Assembly (NCBI GenBank): GCA_963729885.1
Contig: CAVSQK010000041.1
Coordinates: 9,741-73,740, forward strand
Direction of reading: 5' to 3'
Length of the DNA: 64,000 nt
From: an uncultured Actinomycetes bacterium
Lineage (GTDB): Bacteria; Actinomycetota; Actinomycetes; S36-B12; CAIYMF01
The first letter of the stretch is position 1; the number at the start of each line of letters is the position of its first letter. Below the pieces are notes generated by a model. It saw only the letters and a program-made list of their open reading frames with translations, was not told where the DNA came from and ran no database searches. The translations under genes and the position numbers were made by a program. This document shows positions 43,652-53,073 of the stretch, in pieces.

Positions 43652-44377
43652 TCAGTCGTCGATCACGTGGTGCAGGAATCGCTGGGGCGAGGCGAGGAAG
43701 GCCCGGTGGCTGACGACGAGGTGGGTGTCCTCCCACTGTGCTTCGCGGATGCCCCACTCGCCGAGCTCGAGGATGCGCGCTCCGGGCAGGGAGGCGACCA
43801 CGGGTGAGTGGGTGGCCACGATCACCTGGGCCCCGCCGGCCACGATGGCGTGCAGGTGCCCGACGAGGGCCAGGCAGCCGGTGAACGACAGGGCGCTCTC
43901 CGGCTCGTCGAGCAGGTAGACGCCCCTGCTGTCGAACTTGCGCTCCAGGATCGCCAGGAAGCCCTCGCCATGGGAGCGCTCATGCAGGTCGGTGTCCTGC
44001 GGGTTGGGCAGCTGCTCGAGGTAGGTGTAGAGGGCGTGCATCGTCTCGGAGCGCAGGAAGTAGGCCCATCGCGAGGTTCCGGCGTTGCGCTCCAGGCGCA
44101 GGACCTGCGGCAGCGGCGACTCGCTCGGGCGCACCTGGAACATTGCCTGGTTGGAGCCCCCGCCCGGTGGCACGCCCAGGAGGGCAGCGATCGCCTCCAC
44201 GATCGTCGACTTGCCCGAGCCGTTGTCGCCGACCAGGACCGTCGCCGGACCCAGATCGAGCCCTTGGTCGAGCAGGGCCCGCACAGCCGGGATCCCGGAG
44301 GGCCAGGGGCCGCTCGGCGGGCTCGAACCCGGGCGGAGGCAGACCCGCCGGATCGGCAGCGTGGAACCGAGTGACAC
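43652..44377 (-). CDS. small stand-alone ABC/SMC-like AAA ATPase (COG3910-like)
   Basis: ORF 43652..44377 has Walker A GDNGSGKST, a Q-loop-like region, SHGEGF, Walker B YLLDEPESALS and ATHSP (H-loop). Confidence 0.7.
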   Translation of the reverse strand: MSLGSTLPIRRVCLRPGSSPPSGPWPSGIPAVRALLDQGLDLGPATVLVGDNGSGKSTIVEAIAALLGVPPGGGSNQAMFQVRPSESPLPQVLRLERNAGTSRWAYFLRSETMHALYTYLEQLPNPQDTDLHERSHGEGFLAILERKFDSRGVYLLDEPESALSFTGCLALVGHLHAIVAGGAQVIVATHSPVVASLPGARILELGEWGIREAQWEDTHLVVSHRAFLASPQRFLHHVIDD

Positions 44378-44521
44378 CCCGGAAGCCTAGGGCGACCCAC
44401 CGACACCGCGGGCCCGGAACCCGGATCGCCAGTAGCGGGGCGAGCGTGGCGCCCCACTCCGCATCCTCCGCCGTCGATGAGCCACGATGGTCCGCGCCAC
44501 TGGAGAAGATGGCTATAGCGG

Positions 44522-44968
44522 TTGTGGCAGGCAGCGCAGCAGGTCCCGAAGGCGGGTCGATGGCGGCCGGGGGAGGCGATGGACTCGGCGATGAGGGTGC
44601 GCAACGTAGTCCTCGCGCTTCTGGGCACGGCCATGCTGGTCCTCAAGCTCGAATACCACGGCCCTGGGGGAACTGTCGTCCACGCCTACGCGGGCAACGT
44701 CGCTGTCTCGTTCGCACTGTACTTCGCTGCGATCAGCGCCACCGAGCGATTCCGGCGTCCCCGGCTCCTCGCGGCGCTCGGTGTGCTCGTTGCCGTCGAG
44801 GCGTTCGAGTTCTCCGACGGCTTCGGGGTGATGGCCAACGTGGTCGACCCGGTCGACCTTTGGGCCAATGCGGTCGGAATCGCGCTCGCGGTCGCAGTCG
44901 ACGTCCTCACCGCACGAGTCCTTCCCCGCAGGCCTCGGGAAGCGTCGACCGACCCGCAGGCACGCTGA
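44522..44968 (+). CDS. hypothetical membrane protein
   Basis: ORF 44522..44968. The likely start is ATG 44579 (MDSAMRVRNVVLALLGTAML). Four hydrophobic segments. Confidence 0.4.
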   Translation: MWQAAQQVPKAGRWRPGEAMDSAMRVRNVVLALLGTAMLVLKLEYHGPGGTVVHAYAGNVAVSFALYFAAISATERFRRPRLLAALGVLVAVEAFEFSDGFGVMANVVDPVDLWANAVGIALAVAVDVLTARVLPRRPREASTDPQAR

Positions 44969-45160
44969 GGACTCAGGCCGACGTCGTGGGCCGGTAACTC
45001 GTGTTCCTGGTGGTTGCACGCGCCCGGTCACTGGTGTCGCGGCCCTCGACGACGATCGGCCTGCACGGTGACTCGGGGTCGTTCCCACCAGGCTGGGCAT
45101 CGGTGTGGCCCCTCGGTGACTGAGCGGTGCCGGGCTCCTGGGGCGTGGAACACTGGGGCG

Positions 45161-45535
45161 GTGGGCGATCTGGATGCGTGGGGCGCGGAGCGCCGCCTTG
45201 CGAGTTACGGCACGCTGGCCCCCGGACGTCCGAACCACCATCATGTGCGCGGGATCCCGGGCCGCTGGTTCACCGGCAAGGTCCGCGGCCGCCTCATCGA
45301 AGAGGGCTGGGGCGCGACGATGGGGTTCCCGGCGCTCGTCCTGGACCCGACCGGCCCGGAAGTCGAGGTGCAGGTGCTCGAGTCTTCGGATCTGCCCGAG
45401 CACTGGGAACGGCTCGACGAGTTCGAAGGCCCGGGCTACCAGCGCGTCGCCGTACTGGTCATGACCAGAGACGACGGGCCCGTGCACGCAAGCATCTACG
45501 TGCTGGCTGGACGGACCCGGGGACCAGGGCGTTGA
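45161..45535 (+). CDS. gamma-glutamylcyclotransferase (AIG2/GGCT-like) family protein
   Basis: GTG at 45161 in ORF 45014..45535. Motifs: LASYGTLAPGRPNHH, GRLIEEGWG, LDEFEGPGYQRV and YVL. Confidence 0.6.
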   Translation: MGDLDAWGAERRLASYGTLAPGRPNHHHVRGIPGRWFTGKVRGRLIEEGWGATMGFPALVLDPTGPEVEVQVLESSDLPEHWERLDEFEGPGYQRVAVLVMTRDDGPVHASIYVLAGRTRGPGR

Positions 45536-45548
45536 CGTAGGTGGCACG

Positions 45549-45881
45549 TCAGCACCTGGAAACGCCGGAACCGGCACACCTGCGCGGCTCCGTCGAAGGG
45601 AGGCTGGTCCGCGGGGGGATCCTCCTGGTATGCCGCGCGAAGCCCCCCGCCAGGAGGTCCAGGCTGATGGAGTAGGTCGCGGAGAGTGTTTCGAGGCAGT
45701 GGTCGACGGAGACCAGCGCGAGATCGTGGACCTCCGCGCGGGTGGCGGGAGCGCCTCGCTCCAGGGCCGCGGAGCCGAGGCTGCCGACGATCGCCGGCCA
45801 GGTGTCGAACAGGGTTCCATCGACGTCCCAGATCAGGTGCCGGATCACGTGGCTCACTTCGGCCGCCTCGGCATCTGGCAA
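45549..45881 (-). pseudogene. HAD-superfamily hydrolase, 5' fragment only (paralog of 50117..50758)
   Basis: ORF 45549..45881 carries HLIWDVDGTLFDT (DxDGT motif I) and VHDLALVSVDHCLETLSATYSISLDLL. Similarity to the second copy ends at about 45573. The cap and C-terminal motifs are missing. Confidence 0.6.
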
Positions 45882-45891
45882 GGGTCTCGGC

Positions 45892-46044
45892 TCAGGCGGG
45901 CCCGCGCATCCGGGTGATGTCGGCCTTCGTCCGTTCGACGATCTCGTACCCGCAGACGTCGCAGTAGAGCTGGTCGTGGGTCGCCGGCTTCTCGCACGTA
46001 CATGTCTGCTTGCGGCCCAGGAGTCCTTTGATCCATCCGAACAT
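45892..46044 (-). CDS. 50-aa four-cysteine (zinc-ribbon-like) hypothetical protein
   Basis: MFGWIKGLLGRKQTCTCEKPATHDQLYCDVCGYEIVERTKADITRMRGPA at the end of ORF 45892..46506. A GGAGG sits about 8 nt upstream of the ATG. Confidence 0.35.
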   Translation of the reverse strand: MFGWIKGLLGRKQTCTCEKPATHDQLYCDVCGYEIVERTKADITRMRGPA

Positions 46045-46190
46045 GCCCGAGCACCTCCTCACTGACGTTGCACTCACGAGGCTAGGTGTGGATGGCCTCA
46101 CCATGTAGGGCACAAGGTCCCTCGCACACCGGCAGTTGCGCCCCCCGGCCCCCAGTCGGACGCGGGTCGCCGGGCCCCTCTCCCGATGTT

Positions 46191-47079
46191 CTATTCCGAC
46201 GGCGTGCCGAGTCGGTAGTGCACGGTCCATTGGGCCTGCCGAAACAGCGGCCATCGTGCGAACGGGCGCATCGACCGAGCTTCGGTTCCGGCTCGTCGAA
46301 GTAGGCCCAGTCGTCCAGCAGGACCATACCCGGGGCCCAGTCCTCCATGTCGTGGCTGTGCTGGAGGCCGAACTGGTAGGCGACGTCCGCGGAGATCCCG
46401 AACTGGCGGCGGAACTTCCCCCGCCCCATCCGCCCGCGCATGATCCGCACGATCGGGCTGTGGGCGACCTCGGCGACCAGTTCCGCGCCGGGGAGGCGCT
46501 CAGCACAAGGCGGTCACCAGGGCCGGACCCCGTCCGGGGGAAGGTACATGAAAAGTCCCTCAGCGACGAACAGGAACCGTTTGCCGGGTTCGTCGGGCAA
46601 CGCGTCCAGCCAGCCGAGGTCCAGCACCGAGGAGGCGAGGAACCGCATCCGATCGACTCCGGCAGGAGGCCCGGCGAAGGGCGATCACCTCAGGCAGGTC
46701 CAGGTCGAACCAGCGAACCATGCCGTTGTCGATGTGCCGGCGTCGATCGTCCAGCCCGCACCGAGATTGACCACGACCCCGTCGGGCTCCCGGGACAGGA
46801 ACTCCGCGACGTACCGGTCGTAGCGCCGGATGCGCAGCGCCATGGTGGTCACCAGGGTGGCCGGCAGGTCGCCGGCGACCAGCCTCCTGTGCAGCGGCAG
46901 GTCGGATCCGGCGAACGACCGGTTGAGCTCCCGGGTCAGGGCCACCGCACCCGGATCGCTGAGGATCGGATCCGTGCGTGCGACTCCAGCGCCAAGGCGT
47001 ACAACGGGAGGAACAGGGTCTCGGAGACCGCATCCACCCGCGGCGCACCATCCATCGGACCTGCAGGCATGCCCACCAT
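46191..47079 (-). pseudogene. class I SAM-dependent (TcmP / leucine-carboxyl-methyltransferase-like) O-methyltransferase; several frameshifts
   Basis: Pieces lie in four ORF-track frames: VDAVSETLFLPLYALALESHAR (46936..47295), DPILSDPGAVALTREL...RYDRYVAEFLSREPDGVVVNLGAG (46685..47857), LDDRRRHIDNGMVRWFDLDLPEVIALRR (46560..47216), and VRIMRGRMGRGKFRRQFG...DDWAYFDEPEPKL (46082..46450). The likely stop is at 46191. Confidence 0.5.
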
Positions 47080-47215
47080 CGTCTGGCATCGGGCACGAGC
47101 CCCGAAAGAGCCCTTCGTCCCCGACTCGCTGGCGGTGGGCGTCGCCCCGGTACCGTGGTCGCCGGAGCAGTCGGGACCGCGTGGGCCGGCTGGGGTCCGT
47201 GGTGGGAGGCAGGCA

Positions 47216-48002
47216 ATGGGCAACCGGAACCGGGTGGCCGTGCCGGCGCTGCTGTCGGCGCTGGCCGGGTTGCTGGTCGTGGTGTGCGTGGTCACCCCGG
47301 TGCTGGCGCCGTCGATGTACGAGGGTCTGACGGAGCAGCTGGTGGCCGGGACCCGCGGCCAGGACGTGATGGCCCTGGCGCTGGTGCCCGTGGCCGGGTG
47401 GGCGGCCGGGGCGACCCGGCGCGGCTCCCTCGTCGGACCCGTGGTGTGGATGGCGGTGCTGGCGTTCTGGGCCTACGGCTACGCCCTGCTGGCGTTCTCG
47501 ATGCTGGCCACGCCGCTGTACCCCGCCTACATCGCCGTGCTGGGCCTGTCCGTGTTCGCCCTGCTCCTGGTCGGGGCGGGAGTGCGACCCGGCCCGGTAC
47601 GCAGACCGGCTCGCCGACGCGCCGGCATGGCCGAGCATCACGGTCCTCAGCCTGACCGTCGGGCTGCTGGCCCCGGTCTGGCTGATCCTCATGGTCGGCG
47701 GGATCCGCGACGGGCAGATGCCGGACACGGCCAACGTGTTCGTCCTCGACCTGGGGTTCATCTTCCCCACCATGATCACCGCCATCGTCGGACTGGTCCG
47801 GCGACGTGACTGGGCCTGGCCCTTGGCCGGGTCGCTGGTGATCCTCACCGCAGCCATGTTGGGCAGCCTCGTCGTCGCCGACGGGATCGCCGCCCTCAGC
47901 GACGTGACCGCCGACCCGCTGCCGCTGGTCGTCGTGTTCGCCGCCCTGGCCGCTGCCGCGCTCGGCGCCTCCGGGGACCTCCTGCGCAGACTGCGACGCT
48001 GA
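47216..48002 (+). pseudogene. hypothetical polytopic membrane protein; one frameshift
   Basis: ATG at 47216 (MGNRNRVAVPALLSALAGLLVVV) in the ORF 46136..47809 frame. After about 47590 it continues (PRYADRLADAPAWPSITVLSLTVGLLAPVWLILMVGGIRDG) into ORF 47691..48002. Confidence 0.45.
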
Positions 48003-48608
48003 GCCGCGCCGAGCCGGCCGGGCGTCAGCCGACGCCGGCCACCTCTACGGCTCCCTGGTGATGTTCGACGGCGGCTTCGATGTCGATGTGGTCGTCGGTC
48101 GCATCGAGGACCTGGGGGGATGGCTGCGGCCGGGAGGGTGCCTCACGGGCACCTGCGGGGTGCACGGGTCCTGGTCGACAAGGACGGCTGGGCCGCGCGC
48201 ACCATCCCCCCATCCTTCGGTCCGCCCGGTCCGGCCGATCTGGACCCGTCGGAGTTCGCGGCCCTCGTAGCGGCGTTCTGGTACGGCACGCACTAGTGGA
48301 AGCAGATCCGCCGTGGCGACCTGTGTGTGGTCAAGGTCCGTGACGCAGAGCTGAAGGCCGTGCTTTTGCGCATGCTGGAATGGCACGCCCGCACGACCGT
48401 CCCGGATGTCGACACGTGGCACTTGGGCCGGTACTACTGGGAGTGAGCTGACCCGCGGGCAGTCAGCGCGCTCGACGGGGTCTTCGGCCACTTCGACAGG
48501 GATGACTCATGGCGGGCCCTGATGGAATCAGCTGACTTGTTCGCGTGGCTGGAAATCGAGGTTGCGAACAGGCTGGGGATGCCGTACCCCACGTCCACGG
48601 AGGTGACG

Positions 48609-50035
48609 TGTGATGTGTCAGGACATGGGTGACGGTTGTGTGTCAGGACTTCGGTGACAGTTGGTGTGTCAGGACTTCGGTGACGCTTTCGGGGTCTTGG
48701 GTTGCCGGCCGGGGGGTTTGCCGTTGCCGACGTAGCTCACCCCGGGTGCGGGCCGGGTGTGCTCGATGAGGATCTCGCCGTGTAGGTCGGCGACGGTGAT
48801 CTTGTCGCCGTCGGTGATGACCAGGACCTTCTCGAGGGCGCGCCGTCCGTCGACCTTGTAGTTGACTCCGGCCAGGTTGAACGTGCCGGCGGTGGTCAGT
48901 TTCCTGACGCGGGTGTCACGGGGAAGGTCTGCGGGCACCGGTTTCGGCCGGGTGATGGCAGGTCGGACGAAGAACGGCGGGTTGGGCTTGGGGCGGGGAG
49001 CCTGGGCCTTCGGCGTGGCGTGCCATGCCGTGCTGGGGGTGACGCGTCCGGGTAGCCCCTGGTGGGGGCGCTCGGTGTTGTAGATGTGGTCGAACGCGTC
49101 GACTTGGGCCTGCAGTTCAGCCAGGGTGTTGGCCAGTGGCTGCTTGTCCAGGTAGCGGAACAGGGTCTGGTGGAAGCGTTGGTTCTTGCCTTGGGTGGTC
49201 GGCTTGTGCGGCTTGCCGGTGATCGCGTCCACGCCCAGGCGCCAGAGGTGGTCCACGAACTGGCCCAGGTAGCCGCGCCGCGTCGGGTTCAGTGCTATCC
49301 CGTTGTCGGACAGCAGCCGTTGGGGAACACCGTGGACAGCAACGGCCTTGTCGAACACCACGATCGCGGCCTCGGCGGTCTCGCCCGATGCGACGTGGGA
49401 GGCCACCGCGTAGCGGGAGTGGTCGTCGATGAGTTGGAAGATCACGCACTTGCGGCCGCCGGTCAGCACGTATTCCGTGGCGTAGCTGCCAGCACGCGTT
49501 CGGTGCTGGATACACGAACCGGCGCCAGGCCGAGCGTGGCTTCTTCCTCGGCTCGGCCCGGGCAACCCCAGCCTGGCGGAAGATCCGGGCCAACGACGCG
49601 ACTGAGGGCACCGGGTCCAGGCCCATCGCGTGCATCTTGTCGTGCACGCTGATCGGTCCGTGGTCCAGCCCGGAGGCCTCCAATGCGGCCCGCACCTGCA
49701 CCGCCTGGTCCTTGACTGCATCGGTCAGCCTCGAGGGGCTCGACCTCGGGCGTCTGGACCTGGGCTCGAGCACCGCCGCCGGCCCGTCGAGCTTCGCGCG
49801 TTTACGCAACTCGTAGAACGACTTGCGTGAGATGCCGTGCTCGGCACAGAACGTCGAGACCGCACCTCGAGGCGCGTCATCAGGCCACTGCGAGATCGCC
49901 AGGCGGACACGAGGATCGATGGGTTCATTGACAGCCACCGCCCGATCCTCACGGCAGAAGAGTCACCACCAAGACCACCAGAAGTGTCACCGATGTCCTG
50001 ATGCACAACCGTCACCGATGTCCTGAGAGATGACA
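48609..50035 (-). mobile_element. IS481-family insertion sequence (1427 bp) with a 15-bp target-site duplication
   Basis: TCCACGGAGGTGACG occurs at 48594..48608 and 50036..50050. The terminal inverted repeats start TGTGATGTGTCAGGACATGGGTGACGGTTGTG (left) and TGTCATCTCTCAGGACATCGGTGACGGTTGTG (right, reverse complement). TCAGGACNTCGGTGAC subrepeats are iterated inside both ends. Confidence 0.8.
48669..49938 (-). pseudogene. IS481-family DDE transposase (integrase core domain); one frameshift
   Basis: HTH N-terminus in ORF 49117..49938 (FCAEHGISRKSFYELRKR ... RFVYPAPNACWQL). The catalytic core is in ORF 48669..49721 (YATEYVLTGGRKCVIFQLIDDHSRY, LSDNG, PHKPTTQGKNQRFHQTL, YNTERPHQGL). The junction is near 49490. 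Confidence 0.8.
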
Positions 50036-50116
50036 TCCACGGAGGTGACGGTCCGGAGGCTGATCGACCAGATGTACGGGTAGATTCCCGGGTGCCCTCG
50101 ATGCTGGCGTGGCCGC

Positions 50117-50758
50117 TCAGCCCTCAGGTGCCCCTCCCGTCTCGATCATGCGCCGCAAGGTGGCAAAGTCCGGGAGGACGACGTCGGGATCGGTCGTGAT
50201 GGCGCTGGTCCCGAACTTTGCCGCGGACAGCCCGGCGGCATGCGCGGCCAGGATGTCGATGTCCCGGTCGCCGACCGCGAGCGACTCGTCACGGGGCAGG
50301 TGATGACGCTCGATCAGGGTCAGGAACGCACTCGGATCGGGCTTGCGCGGGTATCCGTCGTCGTGGCTGATGATGTCGTTGAACAGGTCGGCCATCTGGT
50401 GGGTCGTCAGCAGCCGGTCCAGTCCGGCGCGTCGGCGATGGGTGACGATCAGGTTGAGCCCACCCCTGGAGCGGATAGCTGGCACGCCTCCGCGGCTCCG
50501 TCGAAGGGAGGCTGGTCCGCGGGGGACACCTCCTGGTAGCGCCGCGCGAAGCCCTCCTTCAGCAGGTCCAGGCTGATGGAGTAGGTGGCGGAGAGTGTCT
50601 CGAGGCAGTGGTCGACGGAGACCAGCGCGAGATCGTGGACCTCCTCACGGCTGGCGGGTGCGCCCAGATCCAGGGCCGCGGCGCGCAAACTGCCGACGAT
50701 CGCCGGATAGGTGTCGAACAGGGTTCCATCGAGGTCCCAGATCAGGTTCCAGGATCAC
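50117..50758 (-). pseudogene. HAD-superfamily hydrolase (phosphatase); two frameshifts
   Basis: GTG at 50758, shift at about 50745, IWDLDGTLFDT (motif I) and ORF 50449..50688, shift at about 50475, then ORF 50117..50485 (LNLIVTHRRR, KPDPSAF, AVGDRDIDILAA, motif IV). Confidence 0.65.
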
Positions 50759-50918
50759 GACGCCCCCTTCGGTTGCCTGGGGGTACGAGTCTGACACCAG
50801 AATCCGAGGGCTCGCTCGACAGCCGCAACGTTCCCGAGCAGCGCCGGTGGGCAGGGGACCGGTCGCTGGGTACAGGTCTCGAGTGCCCTCCGGATCCTTG
50901 GTGCGCCACGATGGGTGC

Positions 50919-51803
50919 GTGGGTCGCCTGCTGCTGGTTGAGGGAATCCCGGGATCGGGGAAGACCACGACGGCCCGGTCGGCCGCCCGCTGGCTGGCGC
51001 AGGCCGACGCTCGGGTCGCGGTGTTCTGCGAGGGCGACCCGCAACCGGCGGACCTGGCCTGGCAGTGGTGGCTGGCGCCTGCGGAGTTCGAGGCCGTGTG
51101 CCGGGCCCGCCCGGGAGCAGAGGCCGAGCTGCGCCGGTGCGCGTGGGTCGGGGCGGCCGGCGTGGCCGTGGCCTACACCAAGGTCGACGTCGATCGCTGC
51201 GGCGGGCAGTGGCCCGACGTGGAGGCCGCGATGCAGGGCCGGGAGCCCTTCAACGGGAGCGTCCCCGCAGCCAGGTTCATGGACATCCTCACAGCACGGT
51301 GGGCCGAGTTCGGGGCATCGGACGAGGGCCCGGACGCGGCCGACGTTGTGGTGTTCGATGGGGCGTTCCTGCAGAACACGATGGTCGAGCTTGTGCTGTT
51401 CGCCGAGCGGGACGCCACCGCGATCACGGGCGACCTGTGTCGTCTCGCCGAGTCCGTCGCCCGCTGGCGACCTCTCCTGCTGCGCCTGGTCCCGGCCGAC
51501 CGGGCTGCGGCGCTCGATTCCGTGGCGCGTGAGCGGGTGGACGCAGAGGGCCGTCCTCAGTGGCGTGCTGCTGTGGAGGCGTACACCGCCGACACTCCCT
51601 GGGCCCGCGCCCGAGGGCTGTCCTCCCCGGGCGCCCTCGAGGCCTATCTGGCATACCGGCAGCAGCTCGAGGCTGAGGTCCTGCCCCGCCTGCCACTCGA
51701 GTGGGTCGACCTGGCCAGCCCGGTGGGGACGTCCGCGCCGTGGGGGCCGTTCGAGGAGCAGCTGACCGCGGTCCTGGTCGGCCTGGTCCGATCGGGTCCG
51801 TGA
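50919..51803 (+). CDS. P-loop NTPase / kinase-like hypothetical protein
   Basis: GTG at 50919 in ORF 50595..51803. Walker A LLLVEGIPGSGKTTT and a possible Walker B VVVFDGAF. No closer family recognised. Confidence 0.5.
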   Translation: MGRLLLVEGIPGSGKTTTARSAARWLAQADARVAVFCEGDPQPADLAWQWWLAPAEFEAVCRARPGAEAELRRCAWVGAAGVAVAYTKVDVDRCGGQWPDVEAAMQGREPFNGSVPAARFMDILTARWAEFGASDEGPDAADVVVFDGAFLQNTMVELVLFAERDATAITGDLCRLAESVARWRPLLLRLVPADRAAALDSVARERVDAEGRPQWRAAVEAYTADTPWARARGLSSPGALEAYLAYRQQLEAEVLPRLPLEWVDLASPVGTSAPWGPFEEQLTAVLVGLVRSGP

Positions 51804-52031
51804 GCGGGATGCCCAGTCCTACCTGCTGCCGCAGAGCATCCGGTCGGCGAGTGCGGGCAGCCCTGGTCCTCCCCGCGTCGCAGGTTGAGCGCGATCACCA
51901 CACCGTCGGTGGCGTCGGGGGAGACCATCGCGATGGAGGCGGTGCCGTCAACTACGCCCTCGTGACCGTGCAAGGTTCCGCACGAGAGGGTGGAGGTCAC
52001 GAGGCCGAGGCCGGGGTCCGTGTGTGGCCGA

Positions 52032-53062
52032 TCACCGCGGCCCTCTGGTCTCGGCCGTCGGAGGCGGATCGGCCAGCGTGGTTGTTCGGGTCAGGACGTT
52101 CTCGGTGAGGATCTGCAGGGTGCGGTCGGGCTCTTCGAACGCGGGGCTGTGGGCTGAGTGCTCGAAGGTGTAGAACCCGACGAGGGGGGCTTCGAGTCGG
52201 GGGGCGTAGGCCTTGGCCAGGTGGTAGGACACGGTCCGGTCGTGGCGGCCGTGCAGGAAGTAGGCCGGGATCGGCAACTGGGTGATCGTCGCTGGTCAGG
52301 TCGGTGGCCAGCATCTGGTCCCAGAGCCCGAAGCTGCGGGAGAACCGCCGGCCGCGCCACAGGTTGACCTTCTCGGCCGGGGTGTAGTCCGGTGAAGCCA
52401 GGGAGGGCAGGAAGATCCCGGTGACTACCGATCCCATGTCGTGGGTGGTGCCGACCCCGAGACGGTGCATGGCAGGGTCGCGCAGGACCTCGTAGCCGCG
52501 GGGAAGGGGAATGTCACCGGTGACCGGGGAGCGCTCGAGCCGGCGGACCATCCGATGGTCGCCGCGCGCGCGGTAACCCTCGAGCATGAACGGTAGGCCT
52601 CTTGCTCGGAGGCGATCTGGTGGGTGGCCTGGGCCATCCCGATGTAGGAGTGGAACAGCTCCGGGGCCCGGGCGGCGGCCTGCAGCCCGATGAAGCTGCC
52701 CCACGAGTGGCCCATGAGGTGGACCTTTTGACCCCGAACCGCCGGCACAGGTACCGGGCGACAGTGATCGTGTCGTCGATGAACTGCTCGACGGTCATCG
52801 TCTCCGCGGGGATGTCGGGGTGGTAGGACAGCCCGGCCCCGCGCTGCTCCCACCACGCGACGGTGAACGCTTCGTGCAGCCGTGTGGGGTGGCGGTGGGT
52901 CAGCCAGAACTCCGGCATCCCCGGCCCCCCGTGCAGGAACAGCAACACGGGGCTGCCCGGGTCCCGGACCTGCAGGAACATGCCCTGATCGACCCCGTTG
53001 ACGGGGACGCGCACCTTCACCGCTCGACCATCGCGCGGCCGAGGGTGCTCGTGCTCGGTCAT
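52032..53062 (-). pseudogene. alpha/beta hydrolase (proline-iminopeptidase-like); three frameshifts
   Basis: ATG at 53062 (MTEHEHPRP...VLLFLHGGPGMPEF...WWEQRGAGLSY) in the ORF 52514..53506 frame. Nucleophile elbow HLMGHSWGSF in 52425..52856. Middle part in 51997..52704. C-terminus YFLHGRHDRTV...FEHSAHSPAFEEP in 52032..52277. The shifts are near 52730, 52590 and 52280. Confidence 0.65.
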
Positions 53063-53073
53063 CCGCTGCACGC

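Larger units (their letters stand above)
48037..50083 (+). pseudogene. aminoglycoside 6-adenylyltransferase (ANT(6)/AadK-like) remnant: N-terminally truncated, one frameshift, two in-frame stops, split by the IS at 48609..50035
   Basis: LYGSLVMFDGGFDVDVVV..., VLVDKDGWAARTIP, PSEFAALVAAFWYGTH*WKQIRRGDLCVVKVRDAELKAVLLRMLEWH...WHLGRYYWE*ADP...SWRALMESADLFAWLEIEVANRLGMPYP aligns with my recollection of B. subtilis AadK. TAG at 48294, TGA at 48444. The last codons (VRRLIDQMYG*) resume at 50051 and end at 50083. Confidence 0.65.

Noticed and set aside
49470-49510. Possible programmed ribosomal frameshift joining the two transposase ORFs.
   Set aside because: Programmed -1 frameshifting is a feature of the IS3 and IS1 families and uses A-rich slippery heptamers. 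None is present here. IS481-type transposases are, as far as I know, single ORFs, and the window is full of similar one-base breaks.
48612-50034. Regularly spaced TCAGGACNTCGGTGAC repeats that superficially resemble a tiny CRISPR array.
   Set aside because: There are only 2-3 copies at each end. They are in inverted orientation at the two ends of a transposase gene and flanked by a target-site duplication. They are IS terminal subrepeats. There are no cas genes and no spacer-like unique units.
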